Origin: Candidatus Altiarchaeales archaeon
GTDB taxonomy: Archaea > Altiarchaeota > Altiarchaeia > IMC4 > SCGC-AAA252-I15
Assembly: GCA_014729705.1 (NCBI GenBank)
Contig: WJJK01000045.1
Location: 1-49,586 of the forward strand
DNA length: 49,586 nucleotides
Reading direction: 5' to 3'
In this document: positions 1 to 9,480 of the stretch, one piece after another
Position numbering within the stretch: position 1 is the stretch's first letter
How the letters are laid out: each line of letters opens with the position of its first letter
Notes under the pieces: model-generated
Seen by the model: the letters and a program-made list of their open reading frames with translations, nothing else
Database searches by the model: none
What the model was told of the DNA's origin: nothing
Position numbers and translations under genes: made by a program

Positions 1-2
1 AT

Positions 3-1061
3 TTGTCTGCAGATTTCATCTTCTGTGTTTCTCGTTTAGATGGAGCAGAAGGACCTCAAGGACCCCAAGGTCCTTCAGGGAGTACGGATAAGAAACAGTT
101 TCACGGTTATCTGGGATCCTCAAATGTAGCCTTGGGGGGCTCTTTTACCGCTATACCTTTGGACGTACAAGTGGTAGCTTCTGGATTCACACACAGCCCC
201 GGGGATGCAGCGGTTACTTTTGATACGGCGATGTTAGCTGACATAACCTATTACGCTGCTGTAGATAACGTTTCAGGTGGAAATAGAAGCGAATCATCTT
301 CTATTTTACAAGTGGATACTGGATCCGGGTTTTCCTCCGTAGAAGGAACTGAAGCCCCCATGTACCACCGAAACAGTTCCCAGGGAGCTACCAACGCTTG
401 CGTTCGTATCATCAGAGAATTCAACGTTGGAGATAAAGTTCGAATAGCCGCCAGAGAGGTTTCTGGGGGTAACACATTAGAAGCCATAGGTCAACAATGT
501 GGCTTAGTTATAGTGGATTCAAAGGCTTCTGGGTCTCAGGGACCCCAAGGAATACAAGGACCCATAGGTCCTCAAGGTCCTCAAGGTCAGCCCGGAAATC
601 CTGAGGCTTCTTTACAGGGTTCTTTCCCTATTCAGGTTGTTTCAGGTACAAACACTATAACCATCAATAGTCTGGGGATAGGCGGTGTGGAGTTTGCCAA
701 AGATGATACCACTTCTACCACCACTTCTACCTCTCCTACCAATAAACTTACTTTAACTACCAGCAATCTACAAGCAGGCACTTACCGCGTTGGTTGGTCT
801 TATGAATGGAATCGAGACAATAGTCTTTTTGGAGCCTCTACTTTTAATGCCAGAGTTCAGTTAGATAATAGCACAAACCTGGCTGAGCAAGAAGTAGGTT
901 TCGGAGGACTTCCGATTTCTTCTTTTATACCCGCTTCTGGATTTGATTATAGAACTCTTTCTGCGGGAGTTCATACTATAGATTTGGATTTCTGGGGCGA
1001 AACAACTGGAAATACTTCCCGTATCCGCAGAGCAAGACTTGAAATAATGAGGATAGCATAA
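3..1061 (+). CDS. collagen-like tail-fibre protein, probably 5'-truncated by the window edge; two stalk-plus-globular-head units
   Basis: The frame is open from the window edge. Gly-X-Y tracts GAEGPQGPQGPSGS and GSQGPQGIQGPIGPQGPQGQPGNP are each followed by a ~150-aa beta-rich globular segment. Confidence 0.75.
   Translation: MSADFIFCVSRLDGAEGPQGPQGPSGSTDKKQFHGYLGSSNVALGGSFTAIPLDVQVVASGFTHSPGDAAVTFDTAMLADITYYAAVDNVSGGNRSESSSILQVDTGSGFSSVEGTEAPMYHRNSSQGATNACVRIIREFNVGDKVRIAAREVSGGNTLEAIGQQCGLVIVDSKASGSQGPQGIQGPIGPQGPQGQPGNPEASLQGSFPIQVVSGTNTITINSLGIGGVEFAKDDTTSTTTSTSPTNKLTLTTSNLQAGTYRVGWSYEWNRDNSLFGASTFNARVQLDNSTNLAEQEVGFGGLPISSFIPASGFDYRTLSAGVHTIDLDFWGETTGNTSRIRRARLEIMRIA
42..80 (+). repeat. 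collagen-like Gly-X-Y triplet tract 1
   Basis: Codons gga gca gaa gga cct caa gga ccc caa ggt cct tca ggg encode GAEGPQGPQGPSG. Confidence 0.85.
531..602 (+). repeat. collagen-like Gly-X-Y triplet tract 2 (8 triplets)
   Basis: GSQGPQGIQGPIGPQGPQGQPGNP read in frame. Confidence 0.9.
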
Positions 1062-2077
1062 TGGTTTTACAGGGTTATTCATTTGACGTTTCCGAAAAAG
1101 AAATAAACCCCTCACAACTTACGGAAGAGATAAGGAACAGTGAGATCACAATCTCCGTGGACTCAAGTAAAATAGTAGAACTAGATCGCGGGTCTGTGCA
1201 GCTGACCGTTCTTTTTAAGTCTGAACTTTCGGACGAAGAAGAGTTAATCCTTAATCTTCTAGTTCAGGAACATCAGGCGGACTTTACACCCCCTTCTAAC
1301 ACTGTAATACTTGGACATCAGGTTAAAAGTACCGGAAAAGTAGTTCCAGGTCCCTTTACCTCTGATGGAAAGATGCGCATTCTTTCCAGCCATAAACCAG
1401 TTATTGACGGCAAAGAGTCTTATAACTACTTCGCTGGTAGCGGAGACGATGTAGATAAAGCAGAAATAGGCGGAGGACCACTATTCTCCATTGCGGCTTC
1501 CGGTTCAGGCTACTACACACAAGACGTCCGATTTTTAAACTCCCACCCAGAAGTACAAGAAGTAATCTGGTTGTACGGGGGCTCTATGTCCTGGGATGGC
1601 GCGGGATGGGGGGATAGTATGGATTTTGAAACTCGGGCGGATCCCACAACAGTAGTCCCACGAAGTGAGGCTGAAGGAATGGGGCTACCCGTTGATTACA
1701 ATTTAGATGGTACTAGAGTTTATTATGCGGGTCCGGGATCCGGCACTCATGCCCTGGGCAGCTTTCCGGTCTGGGTACCCAATTTTTCTGGTTCCGGTTA
1801 TTGGGATCTGGACAAAGAAACCATGACGCCCGTCCCCAATACTCAGGGGAAAGGTGCGCACGATTGGCATACAGAAGAGAAAAGTACCGGTTTCTTTCTT
1901 AAGAACGTTAGCATCTACAAAAACAGTTATAATCCTACGATCATTGACGCCACGGAGTCAATACCCTTGCCTTATGGTTGGTGGTTCAGATTGGGCTTAA
2001 ATGTGGTTTCTAATAACAACGTTAAAATCTGGGGATTTTTAAGATTGTACAGAGAAAGATTAGCCAACGATCGTTAA
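1061..2077 (+). CDS. hypothetical protein (fibre-associated by position only)
   Basis: 338-aa ORF whose start overlaps the upstream stop (TAATG). No motif recognised. Confidence 0.5.
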   Translation: MVLQGYSFDVSEKEINPSQLTEEIRNSEITISVDSSKIVELDRGSVQLTVLFKSELSDEEELILNLLVQEHQADFTPPSNTVILGHQVKSTGKVVPGPFTSDGKMRILSSHKPVIDGKESYNYFAGSGDDVDKAEIGGGPLFSIAASGSGYYTQDVRFLNSHPEVQEVIWLYGGSMSWDGAGWGDSMDFETRADPTTVVPRSEAEGMGLPVDYNLDGTRVYYAGPGSGTHALGSFPVWVPNFSGSGYWDLDKETMTPVPNTQGKGAHDWHTEEKSTGFFLKNVSIYKNSYNPTIIDATESIPLPYGWWFRLGLNVVSNNNVKIWGFLRLYRERLANDR

Positions 2078-2102
2078 ACTTATTTAATATTTTGGGGTTT
2101 CC

Positions 2103-2444
2103 ATGGCAAGACTTAACCATGAGGGCGGGTTACCAGAGTTAGTATCAGAAATAGGTTTTTCTTCTGTAAAGTATTTTGAGACCTCCGTTGGAAGTACTCC
2201 CTATACTTTGTCTATAGACCCACCAGCCAAAAGAATCATTTTGAGGAACACAAGTAGTAGTGATGATGTTTTTCTCCGGCTTGATGGAGAAGAAGCCAGT
2301 AATAATGTGGGTGCTCTACCGGGAGATAACATTAAGATCTCACCACAAGCTGTATTTAGTATAGATTACGACACTATAAGCACCTTATCCGTAGTAGCTT
2401 CTGGTACTGCTTCCGTGGAAGGTATTTTAGGATTTAAGGGTTAG
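2103..2444 (+). CDS. hypothetical protein
   Basis: 113-aa ORF on the coding strand. No motif recognised. Confidence 0.45.
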   Translation: MARLNHEGGLPELVSEIGFSSVKYFETSVGSTPYTLSIDPPAKRIILRNTSSSDDVFLRLDGEEASNNVGALPGDNIKISPQAVFSIDYDTISTLSVVASGTASVEGILGFKG

Positions 2445-2447
2445 GAT

Positions 2448-2476
2448 TTGTTATTATGCATTATTTACCGTATTAT
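2448..2476 (+). promoter_or_regulatory. sigma70-like promoter candidate
   Basis: TTGTTA (2448-2453), a 17-nt spacer, then TATTAT (2471-2476), lying in the gap upstream of the HNH gene. Confidence 0.35.
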
Positions 2477-2498
2477 TAAAACACAACGGAGGAAATAA

Positions 2499-3155
2499 AT
2501 GGGTAAACTTAACGGGGATACTCTGGTTTTAAACAGGAGCTGGATGGCTGTACAGATTTGTTCTGTAAAGAGAGCTATTTCCTTGCTTTACCAAGGGCAT
2601 GCCAGGGTAGTAGACACTGAGGACTTTAGAACCTACAACTTTGAGGACTGGTCAGAAGTTTCGCAGCAGTTAGTACAGGTAGACGAAAACGATTTTATCT
2701 GCTCTCCTACCTTGAGCATTCGCATTCCCCGTGTTATAGTTCTAATGCTTTACGACAGACTCCCTAAAAGGCATGTGCGTTTTAGTCGAAAGAACATCTT
2801 CGAGAGGGACAAGTGGCAGTGCCAGTACTGTGGTATAAAGCCTTCCAACAAGAAGGATGCGTTGTCTTGGATGAAATCTAATGTTCTAAATTTAGATCAT
2901 GTAGTACCAAGAGCACGGGGAGGAAAAACCACCTGGGAAAACGTAGTAGCTTCTTGCTATAAGTGCAACTCAAAAAAGGGAAGCAAGACCCTCAAGGAGC
3001 TTGGCTGGAAGCTTAAGAAAGAACCGAATAAGCCCAGATGGCACCCGACTCTAAACATTCCTCTCAAGGTAGTGCCCCACAAAGAGTGGGTGAGCTTCCT
3101 TGATCTGGCTTATTGGAACACAGAGCTCGAGAATGACAACGACAACATCGGCTAA
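2499..3155 (+). CDS. HNH endonuclease
   Basis: CQYCG...LNLDHVVPRARGGKTTWENVVASCYKCNSKKG is a classic HNH/zinc-finger core. AGGAAAT lies upstream of the ATG. Confidence 0.9.
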   Translation: MGKLNGDTLVLNRSWMAVQICSVKRAISLLYQGHARVVDTEDFRTYNFEDWSEVSQQLVQVDENDFICSPTLSIRIPRVIVLMLYDRLPKRHVRFSRKNIFERDKWQCQYCGIKPSNKKDALSWMKSNVLNLDHVVPRARGGKTTWENVVASCYKCNSKKGSKTLKELGWKLKKEPNKPRWHPTLNIPLKVVPHKEWVSFLDLAYWNTELENDNDNIG

Positions 3156-3495
3156 TCAGATTTTCAACTTTGTTAGGGGCGCCATTAGAGGCGCTTACGG
3201 ACAAGAAGAAATAAGAGGAAAGAGGATTTTGCTCCGGGGAATGAATACTCTGGGTCAGCAAATCCTAACGATGTTTTGTACAGATGAAGTGAGACTCTTC
3301 TTCACGGAGAAAAGTTTGGTCAACTATACGCGGGCGCACATGGTTTGCCCACAAGTTAGAACTTACACCAGACAAAAGATAGACATAACCATAGATTTGG
3401 AGGAGGGTTTTATTAGTGTTAAAGGCAAATCTTTTTCTATTGACAAAATAGGAGAAGATGCCTACAACCAGGGGATACACGAATACTATTTGTAG
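3100..3495 (+). CDS. hypothetical protein; start uncertain (TTG 3100 or ATG 3133)
   Basis: ORF overlapping the HNH 3' end. No motif recognised. Confidence 0.4.
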   Translation: MIWLIGTQSSRMTTTTSANQIFNFVRGAIRGAYGQEEIRGKRILLRGMNTLGQQILTMFCTDEVRLFFTEKSLVNYTRAHMVCPQVRTYTRQKIDITIDLEEGFISVKGKSFSIDKIGEDAYNQGIHEYYL

Positions 3496-3518
3496 AAGCG
3501 GGGAGACGGGGAGGATGA

Positions 3519-3794
3519 TTGTCATTTCTCGATCCCGTCAACCAGTTACAAATGCGAGCGGAGTTTATCCAGGGTATTATGGAGGTAGCCCGACTTTGCA
3601 ACTGGCCGGAAAAACAAGCGGAGGAACTCAGATCTCTTCTATTGGAAGAACTGGCTTCCATAGACAACTTTATGTATGAAGTTTACGAAAGCACCGAACA
3701 GCGTGACGTGGCTTTTGCTGTGTACGAAGCGCAAATGGAAAACCTTAGACGCTGGCTTAGCTTGATGTTGGGCATCAAGATTAAGTATGTTTAG
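3519..3794 (+). CDS. hypothetical helical protein
   Basis: TTG start with GGAGG 4 nt upstream. Its translation looks more protein-like than the overlapping 3458..3679 frame. Confidence 0.45.
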   Translation: MSFLDPVNQLQMRAEFIQGIMEVARLCNWPEKQAEELRSLLLEELASIDNFMYEVYESTEQRDVAFAVYEAQMENLRRWLSLMLGIKIKYV

Positions 3795-3803
3795 GAGAAA
3801 AAA

Positions 3804-4034
3804 GTGAGAGAAACTATAATAACCTCTATTCTTGTGCTTATAGTAGCTTCAGTTACATTAGCCGGGGGAGGTCCTCCTCCGCAGCAGCAGATGGGACCTC
3901 TTCAACCTAATGTAGTAGTTCAATCAGAGGGAGGAAACTTTGGAGCTTATGTAGGCGCAGCAGCCACTTTAGCTTCAGCCATAATCGGTTATCTTGGCGT
4001 CAGATACGGCAGGAAGAAGAAAAGCAAGGATTAA
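3804..4034 (+). CDS. small two-TM membrane protein (holin-like topology; function unproven)
   Basis: GTG start after AGGAGA. Hydrophobic segments IITSILVLIVASVTLAGG and FGAYVGAAATLASAIIGYLGV are followed by a basic tail RKKKSKD. Confidence 0.55.
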   Translation: MRETIITSILVLIVASVTLAGGGPPPQQQMGPLQPNVVVQSEGGNFGAYVGAAATLASAIIGYLGVRYGRKKKSKD

Positions 4035-4036
4035 AA

Positions 4037-4354
4037 ATGAAGGCAGTATTAGATATTTCTGATTTAGAGGAAATGACCAAAGAGCTTTTGGATCTAACTC
4101 CGGACGGATGGACAAGATCTATTTATTTTGACGTATCTAAGCTTTTAGAAGAAGTAGGAGAAGTAGCTGAAGCCTTAAATAAAAGCAAGTATACAGATGA
4201 GGATGTTGCAGACGAGATTACAGATGTTATAGTATGTTGTTTTGTTATAGCTTTAAAAAGAAAAATAGATCTAAATAGGGCTATGATAAACAAGCAAGAA
4301 AAAAGAGTAAAGAAACTTCTTAAGAGATTTCACGATAAAGAGTGCCCCAAGTAG
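4037..4354 (+). CDS. MazG-like nucleoside triphosphate pyrophosphohydrolase
   Basis: LLEEVGEVAEAL and VADEITDVIV match the EExxE / ExxD metal-binding helices of small phage MazG proteins. Confidence 0.6.
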   Translation: MKAVLDISDLEEMTKELLDLTPDGWTRSIYFDVSKLLEEVGEVAEALNKSKYTDEDVADEITDVIVCCFVIALKRKIDLNRAMINKQEKRVKKLLKRFHDKECPK

Positions 4355-4366
4355 AGGCACTCTTTT
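4340..4366 (+). terminator. intrinsic-terminator-like hairpin
   Basis: GAGTGCC (4340-4346) pairs with GGCACTC (4356-4362) and is followed by TTTT. It overlaps the MazG stop codon. Confidence 0.4.
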
Positions 4367-4448
4367 ACAAAAAAAATCCCCGATAACAAAATCTCTGCCT
4401 AAACAAAACGCGGGTGTTGCAGAGATCCCGTATGTAGAGGAGGAAGTT

Positions 4449-5189
4449 ATGATGGCTTATGATCGCCAGTTTGTGCTGGCAGTTCTACACAATGGTTCCC
4501 CCGTAAGGGAAATCAATGGCAAGGTAACGATACCTTTTCACTCTGAATACAAAATAAGACTTAAGAATAAGAACTCTGATCTACGTGCTAAAGCCTGTGT
4601 CTGGGTAGATGGAAGAAAAGTTTCTAACTTAGGGGATTTTATCCTCAACCCTGGGGAAACTTTAGATCTTGAAAGATTTCTAACCGAAAGCATGGAATCA
4701 GGAAGGCGGTTTAAGTTTGTACCCCTGTCAGATAGCAGAGTTAACGACCCAACAGATGAAGAGAACGGTATTATCAGAGTAGACTTTTATAGAGAAAAGG
4801 GATCCTTTAACTGGTTTAAGTTAAACTACAAGGACCCAGTATATCCTTTATATAAACTAAATATGGGACCCAACAGATCTAACGACTATTCTACTTTGAA
4901 ATACGGCACTATTGTAATTACAAACCTTTCCCAACAAGGAGCGACAGTAGAGGGAGGACGTTCTGATCAGAAGTTTATCAAGGGGTCTGATTTTGAAACC
5001 GACCTCTTCCCTATAACTTTGACCTTGAGAATACAAGCCCCAGAGGAAGACGATTTAAGAAAAACAAAAGGTCCCAAGAAGTCAACGCAAGTTCGCTTTT
5101 GTCCAAGGTGTGGAGCAAGAAGGATGCGTAAAGCCAAATTCTGCCATCGGTGTGGGGAACGTTATCCTAAACGTTTAGGTAAAACATAG
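4449..5189 (+). CDS. hypothetical protein with C-terminal double zinc ribbon
   Basis: C-terminus reads FCPRCGARRMRKAKFCHRCGERYP. The N-terminal domain was not recognised. Confidence 0.6.
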   Translation: MMAYDRQFVLAVLHNGSPVREINGKVTIPFHSEYKIRLKNKNSDLRAKACVWVDGRKVSNLGDFILNPGETLDLERFLTESMESGRRFKFVPLSDSRVNDPTDEENGIIRVDFYREKGSFNWFKLNYKDPVYPLYKLNMGPNRSNDYSTLKYGTIVITNLSQQGATVEGGRSDQKFIKGSDFETDLFPITLTLRIQAPEEDDLRKTKGPKKSTQVRFCPRCGARRMRKAKFCHRCGERYPKRLGKT

Positions 5190-5236
5190 TATTAAAATCC
5201 TATCCTCACATAGGGGGTAGGATACCAGGAGTTTTT

Positions 5237-5485
5237 ATGGAACCGTGGAAAGCTATTCTATGCGACAGTGAAGAATGCATGAGCCTAATGTTTATTCCAG
5301 AAAACATGAAGGCTAAGAACAATAGTCTTACCCCGGAAGCCGTAGAGAAGTTTAAGATCTACCCTGAAATAGATACCAACGAGTTAACCCAGTTTACTTG
5401 TCCTCGATGTGGTAAGGTCACTACCTGGGGAATAACCAGAAGAAATGTAGCAAAGCAACTTTACGAAAGGTACTCTAATGTATGA
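5237..5485 (+). CDS. small zinc-ribbon protein
   Basis: CDSEEC...CPRCG cysteine pairs in an 82-aa protein. Confidence 0.5.
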   Translation: MEPWKAILCDSEECMSLMFIPENMKAKNNSLTPEAVEKFKIYPEIDTNELTQFTCPRCGKVTTWGITRRNVAKQLYERYSNV

Positions 5486-6362
5486 AGATTTTATGACCTG
5501 GCTGATGACCGAAGGTACATGGCAACACAGCGCTTGGTTTGCGTATGTTACCTTCCACGACTTGATTCAGTGGGCTATAGTGAGTATACTTGGTTTGACT
5601 GCTTGGGGACAAAGAAAGCACAAGGAAAAGTTGAACGAGCTTGTTATAGAGTTGAAGGATGAACTACAGCATGTCCATGAAGAAATACATAACCACATTG
5701 ATGAGGATGCAGCCCTACACGCAGATTTAGGACAGGAAGGAAAGATGTCCGAAGGAAAGCCTCACAAAGAAGAAAGATTTCTCATAGAACCTCTGAGCAG
5801 AGATCATTTTCAGCAGGTGGTTGATTTAGGGAATAAAGTACACGGCGATAACTACCTATCCCTGAAAGACATGGATGAGATTTTGGAGATAAGCCAAAAG
5901 AACGGACGTAACGCCAGCTTTGTGGCTCTAACAGAAGACAGAGGATGTTTAGTAGGTTTCAGGTTGGCCTTCGCTCCGGGAAAATGGATAAACAGGTATT
6001 CCAAAAAGTTAAGCCCGAAACTTTGGCCTTTTCCTGCCGAAAAAATAGCTTACTTCAAATGTAATACTGTAGACGCAAGGTACCGTAGAAGAGGTATAGG
6101 AAAACAGCTGCTCTACAGATCTATACAGGAGTGCAAGAAACAAGGCGCTAAAGCGGGCATAGCCCACATCTGGGTAAATAGCCCTGGAAACAGCGCCTAC
6201 AACTATTTCACCCGTTCTGGAGGCAAGCCTCTGGTAATGTATCGTAACTACTGGGCAGAAGAATGGCGACAGAAAGGCGCAGGTTGCTCTGCTTGTGGTA
6301 AAGAATGTGGTTGCTCGGGTATAGAGATGATTTTAAAATTCTCTCACTTTAAGGAGATTTAG
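5478..6362 (+). CDS. GNAT-family N-acetyltransferase with an N-terminal membrane/coiled extension
   Basis: YRRRGIGKQLLYRSIQECKKQGA is the acetyl-CoA motif A (R/QxxGxG). A hydrophobic segment WAIVSILGLTAW lies near the N-terminus. Confidence 0.65.
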   Translation: MYEDFMTWLMTEGTWQHSAWFAYVTFHDLIQWAIVSILGLTAWGQRKHKEKLNELVIELKDELQHVHEEIHNHIDEDAALHADLGQEGKMSEGKPHKEERFLIEPLSRDHFQQVVDLGNKVHGDNYLSLKDMDEILEISQKNGRNASFVALTEDRGCLVGFRLAFAPGKWINRYSKKLSPKLWPFPAEKIAYFKCNTVDARYRRRGIGKQLLYRSIQECKKQGAKAGIAHIWVNSPGNSAYNYFTRSGGKPLVMYRNYWAEEWRQKGAGCSACGKECGCSGIEMILKFSHFKEI

Positions 6363-6656
6363 ATGTCCAAGAGATTAGAAGATGGTGTGTGGGTCGTAGT
6401 TTGTGATTGGGAGGACCCTAAAACAGGAGAAGGCTGTACCTTAGGAGTAGAAGGTAATCCCGCCATGTATGTTGACCCCGACGGAGGGCGTAATCCTAAA
6501 CTTCATTTCCAGTGTGGTAGACACCACGGGATAGTGAAGCAAGAAGAGAAACCTGAGTTCCAACTGCCTGAAGGACACAAGTTGAACCAGGAAGTAGTTT
6601 CCAGTGATGTAGATAAAACTCAAGTAGAAGAGGTAGAGGAAGATGAGCGAGAATAA
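6363..6656 (+). CDS. hypothetical protein
   Basis: 97-aa ORF immediately after the upstream stop. Acidic C-terminus. Confidence 0.45.
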   Translation: MSKRLEDGVWVVVCDWEDPKTGEGCTLGVEGNPAMYVDPDGGRNPKLHFQCGRHHGIVKQEEKPEFQLPEGHKLNQEVVSSDVDKTQVEEVEEDERE

Positions 6657-6933
6657 CCAGGAGGAAAAGTCCACCCTATCTTTCGGACAGTACACTATAG
6701 AACTTTCCAATGGACCCAGCATGGTATACAGAATAAATCAGGAGGGGCATAAGGAATGGATAGCGGCTTGTCCTGAACCAGAAACGGCTATGGCCGTAGT
6801 AGAAGGTATGGTACTAGTAGAAAACAAAAGGTTCTACTACCCAGACTCAAAACCAACCATAAATTTTGAGAATAGTAACGAACCAAAGCAGAATAAAGAA
6901 GTCCCCAAGTTTCTGCAAAGGAAGAGATCGTGA
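6643..6933 (+). CDS. hypothetical protein
   Basis: 96-aa ORF overlapping the upstream gene's end. Confidence 0.45.
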   Translation: MSENNQEEKSTLSFGQYTIELSNGPSMVYRINQEGHKEWIAACPEPETAMAVVEGMVLVENKRFYYPDSKPTINFENSNEPKQNKEVPKFLQRKRS

Positions 6934-7340
6934 AAATCGGAGAAGCTGTCCTGGAGATAGAGCACCTGGAGCAGCGCTTAGAAGTCCTACAAGCGCGTAT
7001 GCGCAACGATCATGGACAGGGACGACCCCTGACCTATCTTCTGGAAAAAGTAGAGAGCACAGCGAATAGGCTGCGTGATCTTCAAATAGCTACAGAGTGG
7101 ACTTACCAGAATGTGGTCATCAACAAAATGCCTTTGGGTTCCTATGCAGCAAAGAGGGAACAAATAGAAAGACTGCTTGAGATTTTAGAAAGCGTCGATT
7201 CTCCCGACTTGCGGGAGAAAATCGATGAGCTTCATGAAGCCAAAAAAGAAATCACACGTGTTATAAACACGGTGTACTGGACTTATGATTTGATGCTGCC
7301 GGAAGTAAAGGTACCAAATAAGTCCGAGGAGGAAAACTAA
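6930..7340 (+). CDS. hypothetical coiled-coil protein
   Basis: GTG start in a GTGA overlap with the upstream stop. Helical, heptad-like sequence. Confidence 0.45.
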   Translation: MKIGEAVLEIEHLEQRLEVLQARMRNDHGQGRPLTYLLEKVESTANRLRDLQIATEWTYQNVVINKMPLGSYAAKREQIERLLEILESVDSPDLREKIDELHEAKKEITRVINTVYWTYDLMLPEVKVPNKSEEEN

Positions 7341-7675
7341 TGGGTTTCTTCATCAGACCAAAGTCCTCTACTCGCGATAACGAGCAGGGACTTAATAACG
7401 TAGAAGCCGTCGGTGTGGTACAAGACTACGAAGACGAGTACATACCCACCAGCGGATTTGATCCAGCGGATAACACATCTGGCGCTCGCCACAACCGGGA
7501 CCCCAAGCGAAGAGAAGCCGCACCAGGCGCACCGTTGCCTACTGGTGCAAGACCTGCAGGAGCACCAGCCGGTGCCTCCGGAGGTGTTCGGGGTTGGAGA
7601 GGTGCTACTACCCGAAACGTTTCCAGCGGATTTGGTAAAGGTACTCGCGCAGGAAAGACTGGCGTTAGGAGATAG
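7340..7675 (+). CDS. hypothetical protein; the C-terminal half is G/A/P/R low-complexity and is double-open with frame 7413..7679
   Basis: TAATG-coupled start. See the finding on the two competing frames. Confidence 0.35.
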   Translation: MGFFIRPKSSTRDNEQGLNNVEAVGVVQDYEDEYIPTSGFDPADNTSGARHNRDPKRREAAPGAPLPTGARPAGAPAGASGGVRGWRGATTRNVSSGFGKGTRAGKTGVRR

Positions 7676-7678
7676 TTA

Positions 7679-7948
7679 ATGGGTGATTTTAGGATTGTTC
7701 AATGTTTCGGTGTAAAAAGACGTCCCGGTAAGCCAGCCAAGATCTGCCGAAGAAGGTTTATTTGGACAGCTGCAGATGCAGGACGGAATAACTTCGGTAG
7801 AAGAGGCACGCAGGCTTGCCCTCATTGTGGCACCCTTCCAGATTTTACACATCCTTATAATCGTTATTTGGGAGGCGAGCTTTCCTATGAACAAGCAGTG
7901 GGAATGATGCCCGAGTGGCAAGAAGAGAAAAAAAGATTAGGTAAATAA
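7679..7948 (+). CDS. small zinc-ribbon protein
   Basis: CRRR...CPHCG in an 89-aa protein. Confidence 0.45.
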   Translation: MGDFRIVQCFGVKRRPGKPAKICRRRFIWTAADAGRNNFGRRGTQACPHCGTLPDFTHPYNRYLGGELSYEQAVGMMPEWQEEKKRLGK

Positions 7949-7957
7949 AAAAACTTC

Positions 7958-7986
7958 TTGACAAACTCTGATTTTTATCTTATGTT
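7958..7986 (+). promoter_or_regulatory. sigma70-like promoter candidate upstream of thyA
   Basis: TTGACA (7958-7963), a 17-nt spacer, then TATGTT (7981-7986), in a 144-nt gap. Confidence 0.5.
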
Positions 7987-8092
7987 CTCAGGGACGAAAT
8001 CGGACAGGGTTTATTATAGATTTAGAAAGTATGAGAGTATAGGCCCTATATAGAAGTATAGAAATGCAGCGAACCAATGGGAGAGCTTTAAA

Positions 8093-8899
8093 ATGCGCCA
8101 ATATTTAGATTTACTTTCCTTTGTTCTTGAAAATGGTACTCAGAAGGAAGACCGCACGGGTACCGGAACAATCAGCCATTTTGGTTACCAGATGAGATTT
8201 GATTTGGGAGAAGGTTTCCCGCTGGTAACCACAAAGAAGATACATTTCAAAGCTGTTGTACATGAACTTCTATGGTTTTTGGCCGGAGATACAAACATCA
8301 AATACCTTCAAGACAACGGTGTCCGTATTTGGAACGAGTGGTCCACCGAAGACGGCCACGCCGGGCCAATTTATGGATGGCAGTGGCGCAACTTTGGTGC
8401 TGATTATAACGGACAAAGGTTGACTGGAGTAGACCAGATTGCTCAGGTAATCGAACAGATTCGAAATAACCCCGATTCTCGCAGGCACATTGTATCTGCT
8501 TGGAACCCTCAGCAAATAGATCAAATGTCTCTACCTCCCTGTCATACGCTATTCCAGTTCTACGTTGGTAGTGGTAAACTAAATTGTCAAATGTACCAAA
8601 GAAGCGCTGACGTTTTCCTTGGGGTCCCATTCAACATCGCTTCCTACGCCTTACTCACGCACATGGTGGCACAGGTTTGCGATTTAGATGTAGGTGATTT
8701 TGTTCACTCCTTTGGTGATGTTCACATTTATAACAATCATCTGGAACAAGTTAAGTTACAACTAACCCGAGAACCCAGACCTTTACCACGTATAAAACTT
8801 AATCCTGAAGTAAAAGATATAGACAAGTTTAAGTTCGAGGATGTAGAACTTGAAGGTTATGATCCTCATCCGCACATAAAAGGAAAGGTTTCCGTATGA
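8093..8899 (+). CDS. thyA: thymidylate synthase (ThyA type)
   Basis: MRQYLDLL...DRTGTGT...[11 protein letters not shown]...[21 protein letters not shown] are canonical ThyA blocks. At 268 aa the gene is uninterrupted. Confidence 0.97.
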   Translation: MRQYLDLLSFVLENGTQKEDRTGTGTISHFGYQMRFDLGEGFPLVTTKKIHFKAVVHELLWFLAGDTNIKYLQDNGVRIWNEWSTEDGHAGPIYGWQWRNFGADYNGQRLTGVDQIAQVIEQIRNNPDSRRHIVSAWNPQQIDQMSLPPCHTLFQFYVGSGKLNCQMYQRSADVFLGVPFNIASYALLTHMVAQVCDLDVGDFVHSFGDVHIYNNHLEQVKLQLTREPRPLPRIKLNPEVKDIDKFKFEDVELEGYDPHPHIKGKVSV

Positions 8900-9480
8900 T
8901 TATTTCTGTTATAGCTGCTTACACAAAGGACACAAAGGGAAGACAGATTATAGGTAAAGATAATAAGTTGCCATGGAGTATATCCCAAGATATGGCCTGG
9001 TTTAAGTCCTGCACTTCCGGACACGCAGTCCTAATGGGCAGAAAGACACACGAATCAATCGGAAGGGTTCTTCCTAAACGAGATAACATCATTTTAACCC
9101 ATGACAAGGATTATAGAGTTCCCGGGGCTTACGTTTTTAACGATCTCGAAGATGCCCTTCAGTTTGCTGCTCCTCGGGACTCAGAGCTTTTCGTTATAGG
9201 TGGGGAACAGATTTACCGCCAGGTTATAGATCGAGTGGATAGACTTTATCTCACCTGTATAGAGAAAAACCCAGGCTATGAAGGGGACACTTTCTTTCCT
9301 TCCTGGAACCAGACACATTTTAAGGTAATAGATAAACATGAAATAGAAGATCCTAAAAACGGGAAGGTTTCTTTCAAAGTTTACCACAGACATGTTTATC
9401 GACAGCCCAAGCACTTTAATGCTGATGTAGTAGCGGCTTATAGTTCAGATCCTCACAACCCTTATGCCCATGGAATCTAA
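8896..9480 (+). CDS. folA: dihydrofolate reductase with a ~30-aa C-terminal extension
   Basis: IGKDNKLPW...[12 protein letters not shown]...FVIGGEQIY are DHFR motifs. ATGA overlap with thyA. Confidence 0.9.
   Translation: MIISVIAAYTKDTKGRQIIGKDNKLPWSISQDMAWFKSCTSGHAVLMGRKTHESIGRVLPKRDNIILTHDKDYRVPGAYVFNDLEDALQFAAPRDSELFVIGGEQIYRQVIDRVDRLYLTCIEKNPGYEGDTFFPSWNQTHFKVIDKHEIEDPKNGKVSFKVYHRHVYRQPKHFNADVVAAYSSDPHNPYAHGI

Noticed and set aside
3458-3679. A 73-aa ORF competing with 3519..3794.
   Set aside because: Its translation is Gly/Ser/Thr/Arg-rich and it lacks an SD. The 3519 frame has GGAGG upstream and a helical, protein-like sequence.
8093-8899. A group I intron in thyA, as in T4 td.
   Set aside because: The ORF is continuous at 268 aa, with all ThyA blocks in order.
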